This document shows, piece by piece, positions 13,846-26,042 of a stretch of 46,863 bases of DNA (the first letter of the stretch is position 1; each line of letters opens with the position of its first letter). The DNA lies in contig JALDTO010000083.1 of the NCBI GenBank assembly GCA_023515725.1, positions 1 through 46,863 on the forward strand, written 5' to 3'. Made by a program: the position numbers and the translations under genes. The notes beneath the pieces are model-generated. The model made no database searches. It was given only the letters and a program-made list of their open reading frames with translations, and was not told the DNA's origin. Origin of the DNA: Amoeboaphelidium protococcarum X5 (Eukaryota; Fungi; Aphelidiomycota).

Positions 13846-16278
13846 TCATTAAAAGATCAATTAATCGCGGACAGCTTTAGAGCGAACCTTGAGCAAACTG
13901 ACTCTGCCAATATTGCCACCTTCTTCCTCGAAAAAGACAATTTCATTAAACTTCTACTTGATGGAAGTTACATCGCTCTTCTCAGACAATAACCAATCTT
14001 GAGGAACGTGATAATATCTCTACGTAGGCTTACCAATAAGTGACTAATCACGGCACTTATCGGGTGTGAACGTACCAGCATAAGAGCAAGATGAAGATAG
14101 CTAAGATTGACTACCATCAGCGTTAACCTTGATCTGCGCACTTGATGAAGACTAATCTGCCAGCAGAGCATTGACTCCACTCAATCCCACCGGAGGATAA
14201 GGATTAGTCGGCTGGCTAGGCAGCTACCCCGTAATATTCCAGTAACGTCCAATGTGATGACCATTCACCCAAGCCTGCCCTTTACCCATAGAAGCTAAAT
14301 CTAGCACATATGCAAAGTCTTCGTCGTAACCGGTAGAAGAATCAGATGATGAAGCAATCAGAGGAAGCTAAACCTTGATCCACTTATGCTTTAGTTACCA
14401 AGAACCCAATGATGCGACGGAAGTTTCAATAAAATCGGTAGAGTGCGAAGAAGATAAGTCGAAATATTTACGCTCCTCACCCAATAGGCCAGCAGTGTGC
14501 TTCCATCCACCAAGAGTCAAATCTTTACCACTTAACTTGACGCTTCCTACAATGCCACGAGACCAATTTTCACGATGAGCACCAAAATTAGTGAGGCCAA
14601 GAGTTTGGGTAAGAATATTCAGACTGAACACTAGATCTTTATCACTAGGCGTAAATCTCAAGTTCAATTCTAACGATTCATCATTTCCACGACTTACGCC
14701 TGCAAATGTATCATTCAAATACACGATTACATGGTCTTGGACACGAGAAATGTTCAAGTGCAAGGATTTAGTACCAGCAGGCACTGAGACATCCCTGCTA
14801 TACCACAAATAATCAGTCTTATCGCGAGTGAAAGATATCTGCTCTCTGGGCGCAGTGCTCAACTAGAACCCCTCGCGAACACCAATAGGCTCGTCGGCAA
14901 TCTGAACTTTACCATCTTATTGCACATTAAACACGTTCGTATACACATGCTTAGATTAAGGCACGCCCACAGTGGCAGTATTATACAGTACTTTAGGCTT
15001 ACTGGATGGACCTTGAACAAAAGTAACTGACCACTTTGGGACCTTGTACAACTAACCATACAATTCCACCTCCACATCCTTCTACTCATCAACGTTAGAT
15101 AAAAAGGCAATAGATTGTTCAGAATGCTCAAAATCGCCATAAACTTCCACCTCAACACCGCCGTCCAATTAAAAAGAGACAATCTCATCTTAATTAACGA
15201 TGACAGACTCAAATTTGAATAACACTTCATGCATCTACTTTAAATGTGAATACTTTGGCTCTGCAAGAAAGCCGTACTCATCCATAGGTGCATCATAATC
15301 ATAAGACGTGACCAAGCCCACGCCTACAGTGCGACCGAAATTGGTACCACCATGCCACATGTAATATGCATTATAAGTACCACCTTTGCCAATGAATCTA
15401 GCAACACTAAAGGCCAAATCTTCAGCTGGACGCAACGGCTTTACACCTTCCCAAGCCAAGAACCACCCGGTCCAGTTCTCAGTAAACATACCCACAGAGT
15501 CTTTGTATGGACGATCTTTAGACTACCAAGAGTCGCAATAGAACCCATTACAAGTATTAATGAGCTGTGGAATATTGTTCTGCTGACAAACTATCCAAGG
15601 AAGCTCCGTCTTCATATTCAGAGCGTAATCAGCGATCCAATTAATGTACTTGCTACCATCCGCACCGTACTCATTCTCCACCATACCGTACTCATTCTCA
15701 ACCTACAGCATCACAATAGGTCCTCCATTGTGAAAGAAGAGATCTTGGGTGTATTCCACAAAGTAATCCAAAAATCTGGCACTCTCACGCATGAACGGCT
15801 CATTAAACGTTCTAAACTCCATTCCAGGGATTTCTCTCAACCACACCGGGAATCCACCATAAGACCACTCAGCACATACATAGGGACCATAGCGAAGAAT
15901 GACATATAAATCTTCCTCTTGAGCGATGCGAATAAATAGGCGCAAATCCTCATTAGTATTGGGAGTGAATCGGTACTGACCACGCTCTGGCTCATGTAAA
16001 TCCCAGAATACATAAGTGTCAATAGCGTTATTACCAGCCTATCTAATCTTTCTTAATAATGATCTCCACTGTGATGGCAAGGAGCGAGGATAATGAATAG
16101 TTGCCACCATCAGCATCTGACGTTTACCATTGATTTTCAAAGCTCGGTGGTCATAAGTCACATTTCTAGACAATCCTTACCTCGCATTCACTTACACCTT
16201 AGACGATGATGTAGACACAGCTGTATTGAAGAGTAGCACAAGCAATACCAGCAGCAAACGTAGTAGTAACTTTTGCAT
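13846..16278 (-). CDS. Secreted GH35 beta-galactosidase, plant-like subtype (810 aa)
   Basis: Hydrophobic N-terminus [22 protein letters not shown]. Motifs [44 protein letters not shown] (acid/base), TENWTGWF (nucleophile), [42 protein letters not shown] and PTQRYYHVP. 2433 nt open. Confidence 0.95.
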
Positions 16279-16544
16279 TTTGCACTTGATTATCGTTACA
16301 AAGAATGGACGAAGTTTAAGCGCGAGAAAAGACGCGAAAAGGTAAAAGTGTGAGAAAATTCCACTCGAGCGCGTGCCTTCGATAAGCTTACAGTTCTCTC
16401 TTTCACTCTGTAAGTGTTAATGGCGTCGTACGTTTTTGGGCTATTGAGTGTCTTTTTAAGTTTGAATGTAGTCGTAATCTGTTTTCAAATTAGGTTTAGT
16501 TATTAAATTCCCATCGATTTTTTGGGGTAACCGTTATACTAAAA

Positions 16545-17585
16545 ATGGACGTGCTGAAATCACGCCGTGTCTCCTGGCAATTACAAGACATTGATACTAC
16601 AATAGCATCGGAGTTAATGCGTATCGATGGCGTATCAGAATGTGATAGAAATGATCCATTGCGCGTTTTTCTATATGCGAAGGGAATTGTGAAGGACCTA
16701 GATCCAATTGACAGGAAAAGATCATTTGATGAATTGCTGAATCCTACCAATGACCTTTTCAGCGAGATAAAGTAAAAGTATCTGGCCCGTTGTAAGGAGC
16801 GTTTGTCGAGTATTGTGCTAAAGTGTGAGGGTGGAAAGGAATCGATTCCCAAGTCTGAAAACTAGTTTGACCGGTTTGTCAGATTAAATCCTCAATGGGG
16901 CGCTGGCAAAAGCTTTGTGTCGTTTCGTGATGATGCGCGTTATAGAGACAAACCTCAAGTATATGCTGAAAGAGTTTAGCTCTCTGGCCTTTGCCATATG
17001 CATGCTCCCGTCATTATGCAACATTACTTGGTGGCATTGCAGTCCTCGGAGCGCGTAGAAATGTTGGATATGGCAACCTATATGAAAAAGTACATGAGTG
17101 CTGAGGATTTGTAGTAGCGCATATGGCAAGATTAAGGTGGATCTAGCGTAGCATTTTTAAGACACATCTTGTCACCACCTGTTCCTAAGCTTCATCCCAG
17201 AGATGCCGTTGATGAGATGGAGTCTTATTTGCGTTCGTTTGGTCCTGGTCTAGTTTCTTGTTTCCAAGTAGACTATGAGTTTGAGTCTTAGTTGTCTGAA
17301 CATATTGGACCCAGACCGCAACGAGACATTTTAGGATTACACGCTATGGTTCTGGTAGGAGCGAGAAAGCTTGGCGATTAGTACAGATATTTACTGCAGA
17401 ATTGGTGGGCTAGCAAGCCATTTGTTGAAGTTGACGGCGAGTATTTGTCATCATGTGGTGCATTTGTGTATTTTGTCGAAACTCCGCAGTATAAGATCTA
17501 TTCGTCTTTTCCGACCAGCAATTTGGCTCATGTGGAATGTGACGTGTTTTTCGATGCTCAAGAATCTTATTAACTTGAAAATTGA
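16545..17585 (+). CDS. Atypical papain-fold cysteine peptidase-like protein (346 aa)
   Basis: 1041 nt open in table 6. Papain-like catalytic motifs in the correct order: QLSGLC (oxyanion Q, catalytic C), GLHAMVLVG (H) and LLQNWW (N). No signal peptide or I29 prodomain is evident. Confidence 0.75.
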
Positions 17586-17726
17586 TATGATGGAAATATA
17601 ATTATTTTTTGCAGACGCTTTTTAATAAGGAATTACCAGTATATCTTGTCAAATTGTCTGTTATGCTAATGTCTACTAATAAACGATATGCTTAACATTT
17701 AAAACGCGTAATCAATTATAGTGAAA

Positions 17727-18446
17727 TCATGATAAAAGTTCATTCTCGAGCCTGGCCATTAATTTCATTTCAAACGTGGAATCTTGATCTTCAACGGGTG
17801 CTTTAGTAGGAATACGTTGTTGATTAACTTGTTTTTACAAGCCCTTGACAATTCTATCAACGTGTTCACGGTATTGTTACTCATCAATAATCTCTTCTTG
17901 AATGAAATTATGATATCTTTCCAATTTAGGCCTGGTAATTTCGTTATCATCATCCAATTTCTGGGCAGCATCTGTGAAATGTTGACCATAGTTCTCGAGC
18001 AATTGCACTAATTTCTAGTTGAATTGTGGTAGAACGGTTGAATCGGCACCTTTCTCAACATCAGTGCTCTCCTGCAGCAGAGATCTTTGAGAAGCCAAGT
18101 CTTTCTCAAGCAGAACAACCAATTACTTTAACAACTACTCTCTTTACACAGCACCGGCAATAGTCAACTCTTGATAATCTCGTTTCAACGACTCCACTTG
18201 CTGTTTCAAATCTTCCTGAACAGGCTCAAACTACTCTAGTATCTGGTCAGACACTTCATGAAACTTGTGCCCATTAATAGAACAACTTTGACTGACCATT
18301 GTCATTAGATCTTTCAGTGCCTACTCCAAATGGACCAAAGACACTCCTGATAAACTGTGCTAATTCACACTCTATTGCATACGTTTTTTGACATTGTTCA
18401 ACACAAAATACAAATCTTGCTTAGAATTCAAGTCAATGAGTGTCAT
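17727..18446 (-). CDS. NSL1: Kinetochore Mis12-complex subunit Nsl1/Mis14-like (239 aa)
   Basis: 720 nt open. IDLNSKQDLYFVLNN...SCSING...EQFEPVQEDLKQQVESL resembles the fungal Mis14 pattern (I.L.S..DL.Y...N; SING; E.EP.D..L...V..L), followed by coiled coil. Confidence 0.65.
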
Positions 18447-18583
18447 TTCTTATAAATGGGATTGTAATAGATAAGAAAATTAATGCTACTTACAATTGTA
18501 ATGCCTGAATATTGTACACAATTGGTGATAGCAGTGCGTGGTAAATAGAAAAGAAATTTGATGAAAAGTGTTGAAACGAAACA

Positions 18584-18599
18584 CTGAAACGCGTCAAAT
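18584..18599. promoter_or_regulatory. Candidate MCB-like element (ACGCGT) upstream of NSL1
   Basis: CTGAAACGCGTCAAAT about 140 bp upstream of the NSL1 ATG. A near-identical copy lies at 43173-43189. Confidence 0.35.
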
Positions 18600-18686
18600 A
18601 TTGAGCCATTCATATATTAACATATTCAGCAGGTTCTGTCATATTCACAGCAATTAATCCATCTTTTTACCATTACTATAAAAAAT

Positions 18687-19031
18687 TCACTTCTCGCCAG
18701 TCTCTTACGTGGATTCAGGCACCTTCAACGTGGGCAGTTCAGGATTTGCCTCTCCCATGATTCTGGACACGCAATTCTTGATACTCGCCTCTCCATCAGC
18801 TTGATACAAGATCTTTACCGCACTGGTCAATCTCGGGCTTTTGCTGTGCAAGTGCTCATGCAATTTCTCCAGAATCACCATCAGCTACTCAACGGTAGAC
18901 TCAACCTCCACACCCAACGCGTGACAGTTATAAATCATCTCTTGATCGTCCAGGAAGCGTTTGGTTTCATGTAATGGATCAACTTCGTGCGTTCCACCTG
19001 AGTATAATGCTATATCAGCCACAACTTTCAT
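18687..19031 (-). CDS. Thiamine-binding/DUF77 (Ecm15-like) small protein (114 aa)
   Basis: MKVVADIALYSGG...YNCHALGVEVESTVEQLMVILEKLHEHLHSKSPRLTSAVKI fits the Thiamine_BP/YBL001c pattern (H..G..IE; HE.LH....R....KI). Ends in TGA. Confidence 0.65.
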
Positions 19032-19179
19032 TTAGTCTTCAGTTGTTATCTAGTTGTAGTGTGTTATCAATAATAATTGTGAGAAGAAATGATATATGAT
19101 ACACGGTCGGAAAATTTATGATTGCATTGCTTGTGTATTTATTAGTCATTTCAGGTTCGAATCACGCGTTACACAGTTA

Positions 19180-20082
19180 TCATTTCTTCAACGCATACAG
19201 CTGTTTGGCAAACTCTTCGATGGAGATAGGATTGTTCACTAGCTAATGCAACTGATTGTTACTTAACTGAGCCCACCCATTCTCAATGGCTAACTGCAGA
19301 TACTGTGGGAACACTGATAGCTTGTCAGCTGCATTCTTAATCTCCGTTTCAGCTTCAGCCACTGATTTGTAGTCAACATCCCACTTCTTGAGAGAGGCCT
19401 TCTCAAAGATTGTCACAACTTCGTTTAGCGTCTTTTGATCTCCAATAAGATGGACAGTCTTATTCTTATACTGTTCAGGATGCAGCAGTGATTATACCAC
19501 AGCTTTAGCAATATCAGAGCGCATAGTGAAGCTACACTTGGTATCACCTTTACCCACTATGGTCACCTTATGCTCAAAGGGGTGCCAACTGAACCAGTCC
19601 CAGAACGTGGTATCAATAAACATACCAGTGTAGAATACAGTATACTCTAAACCGAATTCTTTAATAGCGTTGACCAACTGAGGCTTAGACGCCAGTAAAG
19701 GAATTTGCTTCTGATGAGCCTCCGTGTCAATGCCATACTCGGAAGGGATGACGCGTTTGACGTTGGCCTTCTTGGCAGCCTTCACCAATTACTGCTGCCA
19801 CTACAGACCAGGACCACTGAGAGCTGAGACAACCACAGCAATTCCTTTCAGGGCAGATTCCAGCGATTCTACATTCTAATAATCCACTACCACTACCTTG
19901 GTGCCCTTCTGTTCCCAATCGCTGTAACGTTTGCTTTTCAACGGATCATTCTTGCTCGATTCGCTCACCAAAACAGTAACAGAAAATTCATTCTTCAACA
20001 GCTCATCAGTGAAGAAAGATCCCAAGTTACCTGACGCCCCTGCAACAGCAACAGCTTTATAGTTATTCTCTTGTGCCACCAT
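19180..20082 (-). CDS. NmrA-like / isoflavone-reductase-like NAD(P)-binding protein (300 aa)
   Basis: Rossmann motif VAVAGASGNLG, AAKKANVKRVIPSEYG, YTGMF and FTMRSDIAKAV. 903 nt open in table 6. Confidence 0.9.
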
Positions 20083-20276
20083 TGATTATATATATCGTAT
20101 AGTTTTTATTATTAATTGTATGATTATTTCATCTGTATGAAGAAACAAAGAACATTGCTGTGTAGATTGAAGTCGTTCATTTGATTACGTAAGCTCAAGA
20201 TTAGGAACAGCCTCAAATTGGACAGCTATAGACAATAATCACATCATCGTCAATAGAGTCTGCGCCTTAGTTGATT

Positions 20277-21107
20277 ATGTAATCAGAACTAAACTTGGAT
20301 GAGCTGCGAAAGATATTGGTGCGACTGGAAGACACGATAATATTTGCATTGATAGAGAGAGCGTAGTTTGCGCATAATCGTTGCATCTACGAGTCTGCAC
20401 ACGAGAATTTCAAAAATCTACCTAAAATATACGAGAACTTTTAGCCATGCTTCCTATAGTATTTATTATATGAGCTGGAATGTGTACACGCTAAAGTTAG
20501 AAGATACACAGATGAACATCCATTTACTCCTCATACGCAACTGCCGGCTCCTATACTGCCACCTTTATAAGTCTAGTCTCTGCTGCATGAATCTCAAACG
20601 CGAGTTAATGTCAATGATTAGATCTACTAGGCGTATGTGCAGTACGTTGTGCCTTCCATTAGCCGGGAGCAGGATGATGGTCATTATGGATCTAGCGCGA
20701 CTCGCGATGTAGAGTGTCTGTAGGCATTATCAAAGCGTATTCATTATGGTAAACATATAGCTGAATCCAAGTATCGCGATAATCCCACTGAATATTAACG
20801 TCTCATTGACCGCGATGATTAGGATTCTATATACCGTCTTTTGACAAATGAAAAGGTAAACATCTCTGGTAAATCTAGTTAGTGGTAAATGTTTTCTTAA
20901 CTTGATATTGACTTGTAATTGTAGGTGGAGGAGAAACTGTTGGAAAGAGTCCGCGAGAAGGCATCTGTGTATGGTCAAGATTTCTCGTCTTTCGGGTCTG
21001 AGAAAATCAATGAAGATACAGTGGTGGAGATTTACAAGAATATCATCATTCCACTTACGAAAGAGGTTGAAGTAGAGTATCTGATGCAGCGTGTTTCACC
21101 TAAATGA
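20277..21107 (+). CDS. ARO7: Chorismate mutase, eukaryotic AroQ type; intron 20856-20924
   Basis: [58 protein letters not shown] and [13 protein letters not shown]. The 69-nt GTAAAC...TGTAG intron gives 253 aa. Confidence 0.95.
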
Positions 21108-21341
21108 ACGGTCGTTTTAAGAAGATGTGGATCTGCAGTACAGTACTATTCTCACATGTGGAGTGTTTCGCGCTTTGTGTTTTGTTGTTTCGCTTCATTG
21201 TTTTGCGATCTTGCTGCAAATCTTGCTGTTTGTTGTTTCAGCTGACGCTTGTTCTTGTTTTACTTATTGCTCCTCCCCTTTCCATTGTTTCTCTTCCACG
21301 CTTGTTGTTAGTATAAAAGTTATATTTTAATATTAATAAAT

Positions 21342-22877
21342 ATGGCTGATGTTAATATGTCCTCTACCACCTTAGAAGATGGTACTATAAGTCCTGAGGT
21401 AGATCTTTCATCTTGCTGACTTATCTGACTGACTCATCTTCACCTCAGAATCATATTGTAGATCTCAAGGCAAAATGCTGAAAAGTTGGAGAAGCTTTAC
21501 ATTGAAGTTATTCAGTTGAAGGAAGACATTTCGTCGTTGACTCAATAAGTTTCCGATAAAGGTGAGATATAAATTAGTTTTGCATATTGTCTGATAGTTG
21601 TCATTCCACTTTTTTAGATACTTAAATCAATTCGCTGACTAAGTAGATTGAGAGTTTGAAGCAAGACGGTGCTGAGAAGGGTAAGATTGTGATTGTTTCA
21701 GCTTTTTTCACACGGTTCTTTGAGTAAAAATCAAAACAACACTAGTGTAGATGAGACGATTGCTTAGTTGAGACAGAGAAATGAAGAATTGGAGTCTGCT
21801 GTGAATTTAAGAGACGCCACATCTAGTGCAGCATCCATCAAAAGTCATATCACTAAAGGGAGAATCAAGCCAAAAGGAAAGGCGTCAATCAATGATGAAA
21901 AAGGAGATTCTGTTGCTGCTGCAGCGCCTGCAGAGGAGTCAAAGAAACAAGATGAGCCGGCATCTGATGCTACGATTAAGAAGAAGGCTCTTGGAATGGG
22001 TGGTGTGCCCATGATGCCTAATATAGGAGCGTCGATCTTGAATAACAAACTGTCCAAGCGTTCTCAAGAATAAGTAAATGTGCCAGAGAAGAGTAAAAAG
22101 GACAGCGATGCCAGCAGCACTTTGAGCAAATTATCTCTGAGTGAAGATGCTAGTAAGATATCTAATCCTGCATCTGCATCGAATGTAACAAAGAAGGAGG
22201 ATGTGAAAGTATCTGGTGCGCCGGCGAAAGTTAGTAATTCTGCTGCAGACTCTAAGCCTACGCCAATTGCTAATTCTGTTGCGCCAAAGCCGACAGCTTT
22301 TAGTGCAACCAAGACTGGCTCTCAATTTGCCGCTAAGAAGGCTGATACTCCTGCAACTACCGCTACTGCCGTGGAATCTTCTGCTAAAAGTCCCGTCAGT
22401 GCATCAGCATCTGCTAAAGATACGCCAGCTTAAAAGCAAACTGTGCAGTAATCTACCCAAGCGAAACCTCAAGCACAAGCTGCAGGCAGTGCTGTACCAG
22501 AAAAGAAAGCCATCGGTGGTGCATCTACCACGTCAGCAGCAGGTGGTGAAGAGAAAGAGATCCGTCAATGGATTCAGAATACGGTCAATGATGGGACAGT
22601 CGTCGTCAATGATCAAGACTTGAAGTCGGTGCTACGTGATGGATAGGCTTTGTGTAAGTTGGCCAACAAGCTGCGCAAAGACAAGGATCAAATCAGAGTG
22701 AATGGCGGGAAATTCAGTGTCAGCCACTTGGAGAACATCAATAGTTACCTGAAGGTGTGTGCTGATCATTTCAAAATGCCTCAAGCATCAATGTTTGCAA
22801 CAGCCGACCTGTACGAGGGGAGAGACATGGCGAAGGTGTTGAAGCAGCTGCAAGAATTGCGAAAGATTGCGAAATGA
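21342..22877 (+). CDS. Cytoskeletal protein: N-terminal coiled coil, low-complexity linker, C-terminal calponin-homology domain; introns 21399-21461, 21562-21617, 21681-21750
   Basis: Three GT-AG introns give 449 in-frame codons. The C-terminal EIRQWIQ...LRDGQALCKLANKL...HLENINSYLKVC...FATADLYEGRDMAKVL is a calponin-type CH domain. Confidence 0.85.
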
Positions 22878-22955
22878 ATTTATGATGGAAAGTGATTAAA
22901 ATAAAGTTCTGAAAATTACGATTAAAGGCCCATTTTATAGTCATCATTACAATCA

Positions 22956-23369
22956 TCATCTTTATTGCAGGTCAATACCACTAGACACTTTGAGGTAGAG
23001 GACGGTTCCATCCATCTCAACGGCCGCGATCCAGATTTGTTACTCTGAGATCCTTTAGTCTTTCTCATTCTATATTATATCGCGAAAGATCTCATTCAGC
23101 CTACAGTACATGTATTATAATCAAACTACAAGTGCGATAACAAATGTACCAATCTATTGACCAAGTGTCATCAACCAGAACGGGCACAACACACACGCGT
23201 AACCCATCTCGATCAATCATTAACGCGTCCATCCTAGAGTTGATCTATATCTATTCTATACTGTTACACTTTTCTACAGTATCCAAGCGATAATAATTAA
23301 TTACTCTAAATGCTCAAGAATAATATTACTCATTAGCAAATCTTAATACACTACATCTACCAGATTCAT
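22956..23369 (-). CDS. SEN15: tRNA-splicing endonuclease subunit Sen15 (102 aa); introns 23274-23329 and 23101-23149
   Basis: Spliced product MNLVDVVYQDLLMKK...VVPVLVDDTWSIDWLNEIF...IWIAAVEMDGTVLYLKVSSGI carries the Sen15 signature (I.LA.V..DGTV.Y.....GI). Exons sum to 309 nt. Confidence 0.8.
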
Positions 23370-23485
23370 TTTGATTAGACTATTTAGATCAGTCAACCAA
23401 ATTCATTCTAATGAGGCTTCCTTCTTTGATCAGAAACAGAAGTAAAACCGATTCTCGCATTGAAGAACATTTAAAAGTTACCACA

Positions 23486-24144
23486 ATGCGGACGGATTAG
23501 TAATAAGACTTTGTGCCATTGTAAGATTACCTCTAATAACAATTTATTGATTATAACTCACAGTATGTAGATTTTCGCTGGATCGCTACACATTCGGTAC
23601 TAAAGAGCCGCAAGATGACGAGTATGATTCTGCAGAGAGTAGATTGGAAGCTATAACTGAGCATTTCCAATCAACAGGAAAGCCTTATAGAAGCGTTGAA
23701 GCAGTACTACTCATTCATGATCATAACCATCCTCATATGCTGTGTCTACAAATGAGCGGACAGTATTTCAAAACTATAGGAGGTAGTGTGTAAGATGGCG
23801 AATCTGATCATGACGCGGTGCAGCGGATACTGCAACAGCGAATCGGAGCCACTGGTCAAAATAAAGAAGAGTGGAAGGTTGGAAAGTTGTTGAGCACTTG
23901 GTATAGACCGGAACTAGATCAGTATATGTATCCGTACTGCCCACCGCACATCAGTATGGTGAAGGAAATTAAGCGCGTCTACCTTGTGCATCTCCCCTCT
24001 GTGAAAGTGTTTGCTATTCCGAAGAATTTCAAGTTTATGGCGCTGCCTCTGTTTGAACTGTATGATAATCAGCAGCGTTATGGGTAGATTATGAGCTCAA
24101 TTCCTCATCTAATTTCCCATATTAAATTCAAATACGTTCCATGA
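23486..24144 (+). CDS. NUDT21: Cleavage factor Im 25 kDa subunit (CPSF5); intron 23521-23570
   Basis: YTFGTKE, RSVEAVLLIHDHNHPHMLCLQ, WYRPELDQYMYPYCPPHI and PKNFKFMALPLFELYDNQQRYG. 203 codons. Confidence 0.95.
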
Positions 24145-24225
24145 ACGAGAATCGCTTTGATCTACGAAATAAATTGTGTAAAAATTATTCTACTTTTGTC
24201 AGGCTTTGTATGTCGTAGCTCAAGT

Positions 24226-25848
24226 TCACGACTCACTCTAATCTTCTAGTCTCTTCATCAGTTCTTCATCATCCAGTCCAACGGTCGCGTTAAGGATCTA
24301 CTGAAGCATCTTCTTTTACTCACTCAACTCCTGCATCAGATGCAAAATCAACTCCCTATCACTCATTAAACGCGGCGAACTCTTTTGATGCTGTTCTATC
24401 AGAGAGAATCGACTATTATGAACCTATTGATTTTTCATACGGGACTTATTAACGTCTTCTTGAGGTGATAGGGATAAGTCACCATAATTATCAACTTATA
24501 CAACTGCATCAAGGTCCGTATCATTTACACCAATATTATACACTTTCGACATTGATGATTAATTGTATGTATGCACATAATGGCGAGAATTAGTACCAGG
24601 CGCGACATTGTTACTTTAGGATGATGTGTAGGGATTCATCTCAAATTCCACATCTGGTGACTCTTGTACAGTATCAACGACATGCACATCATGTAGGGCA
24701 TTGCAATTCTTGTCAGACAATTAATGATACGAACCAGAACGTCCAAAGGCCTTGTTTAGCCAATCGGGAATTTCTGGTATAGCATTGCGAGCCTTCAAGT
24801 TCTACCAGAGAATCGTATAATTACGCCCAATAATGAGAGATGGCAGAGCCACGAGTAGCAGACCAAATAACATACCAATGAAAGCACATAATCTACCAGC
24901 AAATGTTGTAGGAGCCAAGTCCCCATACCCGGTAGTTGTCAAGGTGACTGATACGAACCACATGGACTCTGGTATGCTAGTGAACTTACTAACTTCACCA
25001 TTAGAGAGTAGCCATTGATTAGTGGTAACATCGTAAGTGCCCCTCTCAGCGTAATACATCACCGTACCGAGAATCATAATAGCCACAGCCATAGTGAAAA
25101 ATAGAGGAAACAAAGGCCCCAACGACTTTCGCACAGATTCTCCGGCAATTTCAAAGGAGATGGAGATGAAGCGAAACTGTTACAGGAATCTGAATGACTT
25201 GAACAGTCTGAATATCCGCAGTAATCTCAAGCCAGAGAGTCGCGCAGCAGTCAAAGTGACAAAGTGCAGCTGGACCACCTGCGCGTAATACGGAGCAATG
25301 GACAGAACATCAATGATAAATAGAGGCGACACGAGGTACTTACAGAACTTCTTAACACCAGTAGCCTTGCTTATGAGTCGAAGAAACAGTTCCAGAGTGA
25401 ACACATAAGTGATGATAGAATCCAATAAATACCACAGGTATTGGTTGTCTTGATACAAGCGATCTACAGTCTCTAATGACATGCAGATAGCAGCCAGTAC
25501 AATCAGAACAGCGATAAAGATATTCCAAACAAGCGAATACATGGATGAAGATGGTTTATCCAGAAAGTCGTGAAGTTTGAGCTGAAATGACCTGACTCGT
25601 TACTACATCGAAGAATGAGTGTCCATAAGAGCACTGAAAGCATGCCTAAACTGTTCCATTTTTACACCAGAATTGCGCCCTTTTAAATTTTATGCAGTAT
25701 ATTGAGACGGTTCATAAGTAATTGTATCATTTCTATTAGACATAGGAGAAGATGAAATCTTTTACTGTGATATGTTAGCCGACTTTTTGGCATATTAAAC
25801 TGACGACGGAGACTAGCTACCAGAGGATTACTTTTACTAATTTTACAT
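24226..25848 (-). CDS. 6-TM voltage-gated K+ channel alpha subunit (Kv-like, 540 aa)
   Basis: FLDKPSSS before S1, FTLELFLR (S2), IIDVLSIAPYY (S3), RLSGLRLLRIFRLFKSFR (S4) and the selectivity filter SIPESMWFVSVTLTTTGYGD. C-terminal coiled coil. 1623 nt open; start codon inferred. Confidence 0.93.
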
Positions 25849-26042
25849 CTATTATTTTCAATGGCCTAATTAGAATTAGCAGATTGATAAAATATAAAAA
25901 GGCTGCAGCATCAAAATAGACAAAAGCTAAAATCACATTAAGGATACCATGGCAACTGAGCGATCAGACCACCTAAATGACAACTTTCACTGCAAAAATC
26001 TCACATAACAAAACAACAACAGAAGGCAGCAATTTATAATAA

